Below, in pieces: positions 34,380 to 42,627 of a DNA stretch of 42,627 nt (position 1 is the stretch's first letter; each line of letters starts with the position of its first letter). The notes below the pieces were generated by a model that did not search any database, had not been told where the DNA came from, and saw only the letters and a program-made list of their open reading frames with translations. Source of the DNA: an uncultured Chitinophagaceae bacterium (lineage in GTDB: Bacteria; Bacteroidota; Bacteroidia; Chitinophagales; Chitinophagaceae). The position numbers were made by a program, and so were the translations under genes. The stretch covers positions 24,904 to 67,530 of the forward strand of contig CAZTCQ010000001.1 in NCBI GenBank assembly GCA_964612525.1. The letters run 5' to 3'.

Positions 34380-34400
34380 TTTGAGCCGTGATAGCTCAAA
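34380..34400. promoter_or_regulatory. 7-bp inverted repeat TTTGAGC-N7-GCTCAAA in the 22-bp tgt/GT2 divergent gap
   Basis: 34380-34386 pairs perfectly with 34394-34400. The GTG start of the GT2 gene (34388-34390) sits in the 7-nt loop. Confidence 0.35.
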
Positions 34401-35518
34401 TCATTTTTGCTAGTTTTTGCTTTTTTGCATTGATTCAGTTCCTTTATTACTTCGTTTTTTTTATCAGGTTAGCCTTACATAAATCTAAAAAAAATAATGA
34501 GTACCAAACGAATCTGCCTATTAGCATTATTATTTGTGCTCACAACGAAGACGCGAATTTACAAAAAAATCTGAGCTATATCCTTAATCAACAATACGAA
34601 CATCAAGGAAGACCCAATTTTGAGGTTTTAGTAGTAAATGATAACTCTAAAGATGATTCCATTTATTTTCTAAGAGAGGAAGTAAAAAGGAATCCTCATT
34701 TAAATATTTTGAATCTAACCCAAGAATCCAGAAACATGAAGGGGAAGAAATTTCCATTGACAATGGGAATTAAGGAAGCCAAGTATGAGCATCTTTTACT
34801 TACGGATGCTGATTGTCAGCCTACTTCTGCCAATTGGCTTATCGAAATGGTACAACCTTTTTATGAAGGAAAAGAAATAGTAATTGGCTATGCCCCTTAT
34901 GAAAAAGAGAAAAGCAGCTTGAACAAAAAAATTCGTTTTGAAACCTTTTATGCGGCCTTACAGTATTTGAGTTTGGCTCTTTCAAAAATTCCTTACATGG
35001 GTGTAGGGCGAAATTTAGCTTATACTAAATCTCTTTTTAATTCGAATAAAGGATTTTCAAAGCATTATCAACTTTTGTCAGGCGATGATGATTTATTTAT
35101 TAATGCAGTCGCAAACGCCAATAATACAGCAGTAGTTTTATCAGAAAATACGTTCATGCACTCAGCGGCAAAAGGTAGCAGTGAAGCATGGAAGTTTCAG
35201 AAAAAACGTCATTTATCAACTGGTCGATTTTATAAATTAAAGCATAAATTTTTGTTGGCTCTTTTAGCGTTCTCTCATTTCTTATTTTATGTCACTTTCA
35301 TAGCCTGCTGTTTTTATCCCTCTTTGATTTTTATTGTGCTTGGCATTTTTGTTTCTCGTTGGATTTTCATTTATCTCATTCAGTACTTTGCAATGAAAAA
35401 ATTAGGAGAAGAAGATTTGGGAACAAGGATTTGGTTTTATGATATATGGACGCTGTGGTTCTATATCAAAAATATTCCGAGCATATTTTTTAAACCTAAA
35501 ATTATAGAATGGAAATAA
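34388..35518 (+). CDS. Family 2 glycosyltransferase, membrane-bound
   Basis: 376 aa with a GTG start and an N-terminal TM helix. It has ISIIICAHNE and LLLTDADCQP (DxD), plus C-terminal TM helices. Confidence 0.82.
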   Translation: MIAQIIFASFCFFALIQFLYYFVFFIRLALHKSKKNNEYQTNLPISIIICAHNEDANLQKNLSYILNQQYEHQGRPNFEVLVVNDNSKDDSIYFLREEVKRNPHLNILNLTQESRNMKGKKFPLTMGIKEAKYEHLLLTDADCQPTSANWLIEMVQPFYEGKEIVIGYAPYEKEKSSLNKKIRFETFYAALQYLSLALSKIPYMGVGRNLAYTKSLFNSNKGFSKHYQLLSGDDDLFINAVANANNTAVVLSENTFMHSAAKGSSEAWKFQKKRHLSTGRFYKLKHKFLLALLAFSHFLFYVTFIACCFYPSLIFIVLGIFVSRWIFIYLIQYFAMKKLGEEDLGTRIWFYDIWTLWFYIKNIPSIFFKPKIIEWK

Positions 35519-36138
35519 TACACAAATACTTTAGTGACTTTACTAAAAAACAAGAGGAGCAATTACTGGCTTTGGGACATTTGTATCCTCATTGGAATGA
35601 GCAAATCAATTTGATCTCAAGAAAAGACATTGATAAATTATACCCGAAACATATTTTACATTCTTTAGCCTTGGCTGCCCTTGCTGACTTTGATCAAGGA
35701 AATCGAATTATTGACATAGGCACGGGTGGGGGATTTCCTGGGATCCCGCTAGCTATTTTTTATCCAGAGGTAGAATTTGTTTTGTGCGACAGCATAAATA
35801 AAAAACTAAATGTAGTCCGAGCAATAAAAGAAGAACTTGGTTTGGACAATGTTGAAGTGATTTGGAAACGAGCCGAAGAAATCAAACAAAAAAATTCTTT
35901 TGATTTTGCGGTTAGTCGCGCGGTAGCGCCACTAGGTAAACTTTGGCGCTGGGCTTCCCCACTCATCAGAAAAGGAAGTGGTCAAGAATTGGATAATGGT
36001 TTGCTCTGTTTAAAAGGCGGAGATTTACACAACGAAATCGCTGAAAGCAACACGCGGCCGATGCTGTGGGAGTTGAATTCCATATTCGATGAGCCAGAAG
36101 TATTTGAGGAGAAGTTTGTATTGTACGTAAAGAAGTAA
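35509..36138 (+). CDS. rsmG: 16S rRNA (guanine527-N7)-methyltransferase
   Basis: 209 aa. It has a NLISRKDI-type N-terminus and the SAM motif DIGTGGGFPGIPLAI. It overlaps the GT2 gene by 10 nt. Confidence 0.9.
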   Translation: MEIIHKYFSDFTKKQEEQLLALGHLYPHWNEQINLISRKDIDKLYPKHILHSLALAALADFDQGNRIIDIGTGGGFPGIPLAIFYPEVEFVLCDSINKKLNVVRAIKEELGLDNVEVIWKRAEEIKQKNSFDFAVSRAVAPLGKLWRWASPLIRKGSGQELDNGLLCLKGGDLHNEIAESNTRPMLWELNSIFDEPEVFEEKFVLYVKK

Positions 36139-36223
36139 GCAAAATTTATTGAATACAGGTTCTTTTTGTAGTATGATTGAAAATTGCTCGGCTTACTCTA
36201 TTTTTACAATATAAACCGTATTT

Positions 36224-36823
36224 ATGAAATCAGTTGGAATAGTAAGCTTTGGAATCTGTCTTTTATTTTTGGCGGCCTGTATTAAACCCAAAGAACCCAT
36301 TGTAAAAATTTGTCCCGAAGAACCCTTGGTGATTACAACTAGTGACACTTTGGTTTTAGAAAACTGTTCTGAAAACTCGTCTTCACAACGTTGGGATTTA
36401 CCAAGTGGGGCCTTTAGTACTCAAAATATGATAGCGGTAGCTAGCGGCTTACCGACTACTTATAAATTAAAATTGTCAGTGAGCAATAATGAGTACGCAA
36501 ATGAATTTACCAAAACGCGAACCGTGAAAATTATTTCCGATAATTTCACTACTTCAGAAATCACCTTAAATCCTCCTTCCAATACTCAAAATATTACTGC
36601 CTGCACTATAGTAAATGATTTAGACGCAGCAGATCCTGATGGGGGCTATTCAACCGCAGGACCACCCGATGGTTATATTTTAAAAGAAACACTTCCTAAC
36701 GGTTGTTTTGTTTATAAACCCGATCCTCAGAACTTACCGTCAGGAACAGCAGTTACCTATCACTATTTCTGCATTAGCAATGAACACTGTGATACCACAA
36801 AAATTATTATCAAAAATCCTTAG
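36224..36823 (+). CDS. Hypothetical lipoprotein with a PKD-like segment
   Basis: 199 aa. The lipobox is LFLAAC. RWDLPSGAFS...TYKLKLSVSNN resembles a PKD beta-sandwich. The C-terminal half is Cys-containing. Confidence 0.55.
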   Translation: MKSVGIVSFGICLLFLAACIKPKEPIVKICPEEPLVITTSDTLVLENCSENSSSQRWDLPSGAFSTQNMIAVASGLPTTYKLKLSVSNNEYANEFTKTRTVKIISDNFTTSEITLNPPSNTQNITACTIVNDLDAADPDGGYSTAGPPDGYILKETLPNGCFVYKPDPQNLPSGTAVTYHYFCISNEHCDTTKIIIKNP

Positions 36824-36829
36824 ATTTTT

Positions 36830-37990
36830 TTAGCCTTGCTCTTCGTAAAGAGCTGGCTTCTTCTTAGGTGCAATGAGTCTAAATATTTTAGCCGGTTGCT
36901 TGTAAATTCGACTAGTATAATTGTTTCCTAGAACAATGATGGTGAAGTTGTCATTCACGAATCTGTAAAAGCAGGTATTATTTCCATGCCACAAACCATT
37001 GTGATAAACCACCTTCATATTTTCAGTAGGGTAATGAATCATGCGCCATCCTAGTCCATAGTTTCTTTGAGATCGTTTTTCAAAACTATATGGCTTAAAG
37101 GCTGACTTTAAAGTAGTCCATTTTAATAGTTCATTCGAGTAAAGTGCCTGATCCCATTTGTACAAATCACGCACGGAACTATAAACACCTTTGTCACCAT
37201 ATACACCATCTTGATACATGTCTTTATAATGACGTCCATTTTTGTAACTAAGTGCAACATTATAAGGCGACAATAAATTGGGGTCATGGATTTCTGTATT
37301 ATTCATCCCTAATTTCTGAAATACAAAGCGCTCCACGAAATATTTAAACCGCATTCCGCTTACCTGTTCTACCACAGAAGCTAAAACGGCAAAATTGGTA
37401 TTGCTATATTTGAAATTCGTGTTGGTGTTAAAGTGCTGCTTCGGTCTCACACGAACGAGCCAATCAATCACATCTTGGTTATCAAAATACTTCCCGCTTC
37501 TTGGCTTGGCATGTTTGGCGTATACATAATCGCGCAATCCACTGCGATGATTCAAAAGCATTTTAATCGTAATACTTTTGTAGGGAAATTCCGGGATGTG
37601 CTTCTGAACTTTATCATTTACGTTAAGCAGTCCTTTATCCGACAGAGCCAAAACAGCGGCACTTGTGAATGTTTTTGAAGTCGAGGCTAATTGGCTTCTT
37701 GTTTTTGAACTCCACTTAATGCCTTTGGCACGGTTAGCATATCCAAAATAACGCTCGTACATAATTTTTCCCCTATAACCGATTAATACACTTCCGTTAA
37801 AACCACGAGCCACTTCGGCGGCATAGAAGCTATCTAACTTGCGAATGATTTCGCGGTGCTGTCTTGAATTAAGATTTTTAAAATCATACGTCATTCTACC
37901 AAAATCAGGCACATTATCAGGGGCTGCCTTGACATCAGGATTACCCAAAAAAAGTATACCACATAGCAGAAGAAGGAATCTCGTATTCAT
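36830..37990 (-). CDS. Serine hydrolase, class C beta-lactamase/PBP family
   Basis: 386 aa with a signal peptide. It has the S-x-x-K motif (ASTSKTFTS) and the Y-x-N motif (FKYSNTNF). Confidence 0.85.
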   Translation of the reverse strand: MNTRFLLLLCGILFLGNPDVKAAPDNVPDFGRMTYDFKNLNSRQHREIIRKLDSFYAAEVARGFNGSVLIGYRGKIMYERYFGYANRAKGIKWSSKTRSQLASTSKTFTSAAVLALSDKGLLNVNDKVQKHIPEFPYKSITIKMLLNHRSGLRDYVYAKHAKPRSGKYFDNQDVIDWLVRVRPKQHFNTNTNFKYSNTNFAVLASVVEQVSGMRFKYFVERFVFQKLGMNNTEIHDPNLLSPYNVALSYKNGRHYKDMYQDGVYGDKGVYSSVRDLYKWDQALYSNELLKWTTLKSAFKPYSFEKRSQRNYGLGWRMIHYPTENMKVVYHNGLWHGNNTCFYRFVNDNFTIIVLGNNYTSRIYKQPAKIFRLIAPKKKPALYEEQG

Positions 37991-38170
37991 AGGGGTAAAG
38001 GTATTGAGAATGTAGGAGTTGGCTCTGTTAAAATTATTAAGTGCAATGTTAATTAAAAGAAGGGTTTATACACATTTGAAAAAGGTAAATCCTAATGCGC
38101 GGAGGACATATTTCTTGTCCAACAAACTAAAAAACCTTTCTTGAATAGAAGTCACTATTCTCTTAATGTT

Positions 38171-38178
38171 TATCTTTG
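38171..38178 (+). promoter_or_regulatory. Bacteroidota -7 promoter box (TAnnTTTG)
   Basis: TATCTTTG lies 16 nt before ATG 38195. There is no well-spaced -33 TTG. Confidence 0.4.
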
Positions 38179-38194
38179 TGCAAATTAAATTTTT

Positions 38195-39334
38195 ATGAAT
38201 TTTCAACTTTCAGAAGAACATCTAATGATTCAAAAGGCGGCAAGAGATTTTGCTCAAAATGAATTATTAGCCGGCGTAATTGAGCGTGACGAAAAACAAG
38301 AATTTCCTACGGAGCAAATCAAAAAAATGGGTGAGCTTGGTTTTATGGGAATGATGGTTGACCCAAAGTATAATGGCGGCGGAATGGATTCTATTTCCTA
38401 CGTGCTTGCTATGGAAGAAATTTCTAAAATAGATGCCTCAGCTTCTGTGTGCATGAGCGTGAATAATTCATTATACTGCTGGGGTGTAGAAACGTATGGT
38501 ACTGAAGAGCAAAAAGAAAAATTCTTGAAACCAGCGGCGACTGGTGAAAAATTGGGAGCATTTTTATTAAGTGAGCCTGAGGCGGGAAGCGATGCTACTT
38601 CTCAGCGCACGACGGCTGAAGATAAAGGTGATCACTACGTGGTGAACGGAATCAAAAACTGGATTACCAATGGGAATACCGCTTCGTTCTACATTGTTAT
38701 TGCTCAAACGGATGTAGAAAAAAAGCATAGAGGAATCAATGCGTTTATAGTAGAGAAAGACTCACCGGGCGTTGAGGTGGGCGCTAAAGAGAATAAAATG
38801 GGGATTCGAGGAAGTGATACGCATTCTATAAGTTTCCAAGATGTAAAAGTGCCTAAAGAAAATAGAATCGGAGAAGACGGTTTTGGATTTAAGTTCGCCA
38901 TGAAAATCCTATCGGGCGGACGAATTGGTATCGCAGCACAAGCATTGGGAATAGCAAGCGGTGCGTACGAGTTAGCCTTAAAATATTCAAAAGAGCGGAA
39001 AGCCTTTGGAACAGAAATTAGCAATCACCAAGCCATTCAATTTAAACTAGCCGACATGGCAACAACCATTGAAGCAGCCAGAATGCTTTGCTTAAAAGCC
39101 GCCTTTTTAAAAGACAGCGGTGAAGATTATACACAAGCAGCGGCTATGGCCAAAATGTATGCTAGTGATCATGCACAATGGATTACCAACGAAGCAGTTC
39201 AGATTCACGGAGGATATGGTTATGTAAAAGAATTCCACGTTGAGCGATTAATGCGTGATGCAAAAATTACGCAGATTTATGAGGGAACGAGTGAGATTCA
39301 AAGAATTGTAATTGCTCGTGGATTGCTGAAGTAA
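38195..39334 (+). CDS. Acyl-CoA dehydrogenase (short/branched-chain type)
   Basis: 379 aa. It has LSEPEAGSD, GxKNWITNG and the C-terminal QIYEGTSEIQR. Confidence 0.93.
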   Translation: MNFQLSEEHLMIQKAARDFAQNELLAGVIERDEKQEFPTEQIKKMGELGFMGMMVDPKYNGGGMDSISYVLAMEEISKIDASASVCMSVNNSLYCWGVETYGTEEQKEKFLKPAATGEKLGAFLLSEPEAGSDATSQRTTAEDKGDHYVVNGIKNWITNGNTASFYIVIAQTDVEKKHRGINAFIVEKDSPGVEVGAKENKMGIRGSDTHSISFQDVKVPKENRIGEDGFGFKFAMKILSGGRIGIAAQALGIASGAYELALKYSKERKAFGTEISNHQAIQFKLADMATTIEAARMLCLKAAFLKDSGEDYTQAAAMAKMYASDHAQWITNEAVQIHGGYGYVKEFHVERLMRDAKITQIYEGTSEIQRIVIARGLLK

Positions 39335-39356
39335 TTATTATAACTTTTTATTTTTT

Positions 39357-39390
39357 AAACCCTAGGTCCTTGACCTAGGGTTTATCTTTG
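39357..39390 (+). terminator. Rho-independent terminator after the acyl-CoA dehydrogenase gene
   Basis: AAACCCUAGGUC-CUU-GACCUAGGGUUU forms a perfect 12-bp stem, followed by a U-rich tail (UAUCUUU). Confidence 0.75.
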
Positions 39391-39448
39391 AGAGACTGTT
39401 TAGCTGAATATTACTTTCGGCATATCATTAATTATTTATACCACAAAC

Positions 39449-41620
39449 ATGAAATATTTATCAATACTACTTTTTCTGAGCTTATTTTTTTCGGCGCATG
39501 CACAAAAAAAAGAAATCACCTTAGAAGACATTTGGAAGCGTGGGACTTTTCGCGGTGATTTTGTAAGAGGTTTTAGCTCCAACGAGAGTGGAGAAGGCTA
39601 CCGAGTCATCGAAGAAGGAGATTTAGTAGAACGAAGTTTTAAAACAGGACAACGAATCAAGGTTTATGATTTTTATAAAAATCTATCTTACGATGGCAAA
39701 AAACTAAAAGTTGCTAGCTATCGTTTTTCTAAAGATGCAAGCAAAATGCTTCTCTTTACAGAGGCTAAAAAAATATACCGTCGCAGCGCCGCTTACAAGG
39801 TTTATTTATATGATATAAAAAAGAACGAAACAAAGCTCATTGATAAGGAGAATATTTTACACGCAAGTATGTCGCCTACTTCTGATAAGATAGCTTTTGT
39901 AAAAAATAATAATATGCATCTCTATAATATTGCTAGCGAAGAAACTGCTCAAATTACGAATGATGGTGCATCGAATATTATCAACGGAAATTGTGATTGG
40001 GTATATGAAGAAGAGTTTGGTTTTACCAAAGCCTATCACTGGAGCCCGGATGGAAAGCATTTAGCCTTTTATCGTTTTGATCAAACGGCTGTGCCTGAAT
40101 TTACCATGATGTATTTCAGAAAATTATACCCAAGCAAGTACGAATTTAAATACCCTAAAGCCGGTGATCCTAATTCTAAAATAAAAATTGGGATGTATAA
40201 TTTAGCAAAAGAAAAAACGGATTACTTGGAGTATGAAGAGGAATACATTCCTAGGATCAAATGGACACAATATGATAAACAACTAATCGTATATACCTTG
40301 AATCGTCATCAGAATCAGTTGCGATTTTATAAAGTGAATCCTAAAAATCTTCGTGATAAAAAAATATATGAGGAGAACAATAAATACTATGTTGATATTT
40401 CGGACGAGATAACTTTTTTAAAGAACGAAGACGCCTTTGTTCATACCAGTGAAAAAAGTGGATACAATCATATCTATTATTATGACGTTCGCTCTCGGCA
40501 AGCGCGCCAATTGACTAAGGGGAATTGGGACGTAGTGAGCTTGTATGGAGTGGATGAATCTTCGGAAGGGAAGTATTATGAAGATCGCAGAAAAATTTAT
40601 TTCAGTAGCGCCGAAAAATCGCCTATGGAGCGAAACCTTTATTCAATTTTGGTCAATGGTAATGAGAAAAAAATACTCACTCCGAACAAAGGTTGGAATA
40701 CTATTTCATGGAGCAAGCAATTTAAATATTTCTTAGAGAGCTATTCCAATGTAAACCAACCAACGGTATATACCCTAAAAGACAATGAGGGACGCACTAT
40801 TAAAAAACTAAAAGACAATAGCAAACTCAGAAAGAAACTGAAAGAATATGACATTAGCCCAAAAAAACTTATAAACGTAAAACTATCAGATAAACTAAAC
40901 CTAAACGGTTGGATGATTAAACCTGCGGATTTTGACGTGAGTAAAAAGTATCCGCTCATCATGTTTCAGTATAGTGGTCCTGGCTCACAACAAGTAACCA
41001 ATCGTTTTCCGAGCGGTAACTTTTGGTGGTATCAAATGTTAGCCCAAAAAGGATATGTGGTAGCCTGCGTTGATGGACGGGGCACGGGTTTTAGAGGAGA
41101 AGAATTCAAAAAAATGACTTATCAACAATTAGGCAAATACGAAAGTGACGATCAAATTGCGGCAGCCAAATACTTTGGAAATTTAGATTTTATTGATGAA
41201 GAAAGAATCGGAATTTGGGGTTGGAGCTACGGTGGTTATATGAGTAGTATTTGCATTGCTAAAGGAGCCGAGGTCTTTAAAAGTGCTATTGCAGTAGCAC
41301 CCGTTACCAATTGGCGATATTATGACAATATTTACACAGAGCGCTACATGCGCACGCCACAGGAAAACCCCGATGGGTATGATGACAATAGCCCGATAAA
41401 TATGGTAGATAAAATCAAAGGGAACTATTTATTAATTCATGGGAGTGGAGACGATAATGTTCATTATCAAAACACTATGGAAATGATCAATGCGCTTATT
41501 AAAGCGGATGTAGAATATGACAGTGAAATTTATCCCAACCGAAACCATGGAATTTATGGAGGCAATACTCGCTTTCATTTGTACAAAAAAATGACGGCCT
41601 TTTGGTTGGAGAAGCTCTAG
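39449..41620 (+). CDS. Dipeptidyl-peptidase IV, S9B family serine peptidase
   Basis: 723 aa with a signal peptide and an N-terminal beta-propeller (DWVYEEEF). The catalytic residues are GWSYGGY (Ser), GSGDDNVH (Asp) and NHG (His). Confidence 0.93.
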   Translation: MKYLSILLFLSLFFSAHAQKKEITLEDIWKRGTFRGDFVRGFSSNESGEGYRVIEEGDLVERSFKTGQRIKVYDFYKNLSYDGKKLKVASYRFSKDASKMLLFTEAKKIYRRSAAYKVYLYDIKKNETKLIDKENILHASMSPTSDKIAFVKNNNMHLYNIASEETAQITNDGASNIINGNCDWVYEEEFGFTKAYHWSPDGKHLAFYRFDQTAVPEFTMMYFRKLYPSKYEFKYPKAGDPNSKIKIGMYNLAKEKTDYLEYEEEYIPRIKWTQYDKQLIVYTLNRHQNQLRFYKVNPKNLRDKKIYEENNKYYVDISDEITFLKNEDAFVHTSEKSGYNHIYYYDVRSRQARQLTKGNWDVVSLYGVDESSEGKYYEDRRKIYFSSAEKSPMERNLYSILVNGNEKKILTPNKGWNTISWSKQFKYFLESYSNVNQPTVYTLKDNEGRTIKKLKDNSKLRKKLKEYDISPKKLINVKLSDKLNLNGWMIKPADFDVSKKYPLIMFQYSGPGSQQVTNRFPSGNFWWYQMLAQKGYVVACVDGRGTGFRGEEFKKMTYQQLGKYESDDQIAAAKYFGNLDFIDEERIGIWGWSYGGYMSSICIAKGAEVFKSAIAVAPVTNWRYYDNIYTERYMRTPQENPDGYDDNSPINMVDKIKGNYLLIHGSGDDNVHYQNTMEMINALIKADVEYDSEIYPNRNHGIYGGNTRFHLYKKMTAFWLEKL

Positions 41621-41632
41621 GGTTGATACGAT

Positions 41633-42394
41633 TTATTTTGAATTGAGTAATTTGAAATCGTAAAAGATACTGAGACCCGTATAAAACATATTATCCTTGT
41701 CCTGAGTGAAGTCATTACGCTCTTGCCATTGTTGGCCATCTAGCAAATCACTATTTGTAAAGCCTACGCTTAAATATATTTTTGCATAAAGCCCTTTGCC
41801 TACATTAATGGTTATGCCAGTTTCTACATTAGTCTCTAACACAGAATTAGATTCATTCTCGGCATTGCTCTCGTATGTGTTATCCCAATTACCAGTACTA
41901 AAATTTGAAAAATCATATTTCAGATTAGAATTGTTTAATGCATTTACCCTAGTCTTAAAATTAAGAATATTGACACTCGGTTTCACTCCAATACTTATTC
42001 TCTTGTTCGCATTCGAACTAGCTCCAAAACTCAAGCCACCTCTGGTAAAGGTCATTTTGTAATTATAATAAACTCCAGAGGTATATCCATTGTTTTTCCA
42101 TGGATTTGTTCCATTGGTAGCAAACTGATAGCCTATTGCGGGTTGAGTATTCGCGCCATAGGTCGTTCCTCGATTAATTTGAACACCAGCATTAAATAAT
42201 TTGGAGAATTGCAACTTCCCTTTGATTCCAAGCGCAAAATTTTTAAAGTAAGTAGGAACCGGTCTAACGTCACCGGATAATTCGGCATTCATAGCGGAAA
42301 CTCCTAAAAGTATTCTCGGGCTGAATTCGCTTTTTTGACTAAAAACAGGGTTAAAGTAAAATACAAAAAAGTAAAGTAGAATTAGTTTTCTCAT
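41633..42394 (-). CDS. Putative outer-membrane beta-barrel protein (hypothetical)
   Basis: The track ORF starts at 42412. I prefer ATG 42394 (MRKLILLYFFVFYFNPVFSQ, a signal peptide) because a -7 box lies at 42401-42408. It is G/N/Y/T-rich with alternating sequence and an aromatic-rich C-terminus (LSIFYDF). Confidence 0.55.
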   Translation of the reverse strand: MRKLILLYFFVFYFNPVFSQKSEFSPRILLGVSAMNAELSGDVRPVPTYFKNFALGIKGKLQFSKLFNAGVQINRGTTYGANTQPAIGYQFATNGTNPWKNNGYTSGVYYNYKMTFTRGGLSFGASSNANKRISIGVKPSVNILNFKTRVNALNNSNLKYDFSNFSTGNWDNTYESNAENESNSVLETNVETGITINVGKGLYAKIYLSVGFTNSDLLDGQQWQERNDFTQDKDNMFYTGLSIFYDFKLLNSK

Positions 42395-42400
42395 GAATTT

Positions 42401-42408
42401 CAAATATA
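42401..42408 (-). promoter_or_regulatory. Bacteroidota -7 promoter box (TAnnTTTG)
   Basis: The minus strand reads TATATTTG, 6 nt before ATG 42394. Confidence 0.4.
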
Positions 42409-42453
42409 GCATTTATGACAAAACATTTGTCCAAGCAAAATATCCGAGTAATT

Positions 42454-42522
42454 GGTCCCCGCAGAGTGTTCGAATCATTCGGGTCTCCGCAGATGTCTCC
42501 CGCCTCGGCGGGGACGCTGCGG
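42454..42522. other. GC-rich, multiply self-complementary element (candidate structured RNA or REP-like repeat); identity unknown
   Basis: 47 of 69 nt are G/C, in an AT-rich window. There are two direct copies of GGTCyCCGCAGA (42454-, 42482-). One hairpin at 42464-42480 has a UUCGAAU loop closed by G-C. A 14-bp hairpin spans 42487-42522. There is also an alternative perfect 8-bp pairing of 42455-42462 with 42508-42515. Confidence 0.4.
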
Positions 42523-42627
42523 TATCGTGAGAGGGTCTATTTTCACAAAATAATCGCGGTAATTATAAAATCGTCCCAAGCCGAAACTACTTACAATCCT
42601 TCTTATACAAATCAATGTAATCAAAAA

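Noticed and set aside
42464-42488. tRNA gene or tmRNA 3' domain, suggested by a GAGUG-UUCGAAU-CAUUC T-arm-like hairpin
   Set aside because: There is no D-arm or anticodon arm upstream. No 5' acceptor strand complements GGGUCUC. It is kept only as a feature of the unexplained element, possibly a tRNA 3' remnant.
42415-42627. Plus-strand frame open from ATG 42415 to the window end (MTKHLSKQNIRVIGPRRVFESFGSPQMSPASAGTLRYRERVYFHKII...), not in the ORF track
   Set aside because: Most of its openness comes from the GC-rich, stop-poor element. A minus-strand frame is open across the same stretch. The R/P/G/S-rich composition is unlike every other product here. Its ATG sits next to the divergent gene's promoter box. 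Coding cannot be fully excluded without the flanking sequence.
42587-42627. Possible C-terminal 12 codons of a minus-strand gene entering from the right (..FDYIDLYKKDCK, stop at 42587-42589)
   Set aside because: Twelve codons at a window edge are not enough to support a CDS call.

Overview
This is an AT-rich 42.6-kb chromosomal segment that reads as Bacteroidota, probably Flavobacteriia-like. The evidence is a fused SecDF, T9SS-type C-terminal sorting domains and a GEVED motif, TAnnTTTG -7 boxes just upstream of start codons, almost no Shine-Dalgarno sequences except before rpsU, and an rpsU/xerC-like gene pair. I call 32 CDS. One is a 783-codon open-ended gene at the left edge that the ORF track omits; I checked its frame triplet by triplet. 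I also call 4 intrinsic terminators, several promoter boxes and one unexplained structured element. I saw no rRNA, complete tRNA, CRISPR array, transposase or phage genes. Most genes are housekeeping: secDF, cobB, ribE, rpsU, tgt, rsmG, an LptF/G permease, acyl-CoA dehydrogenase, DPP-IV and an Ald-family dehydrogenase. The best candidate for a poorly described system is the block 22089-30291. It holds a translationally coupled four-gene envelope module (TM-DUF58, polytopic transglutaminase-like Cys protease, MoxR AAA+, and an orphan 672-aa helical-repeat secreted protein). A coiled-coil PD-(D/E)xK nuclease (DUF2130-like) is transcribed divergently from it. The component families are known, but the function, the fourth gene and the link to the nuclease are not; I cannot establish novelty from sequence alone. 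The second candidate is a 68% GC, heavily self-complementary element at 42454-42522 with a tRNA-like T-loop hairpin and mutually exclusive helices.
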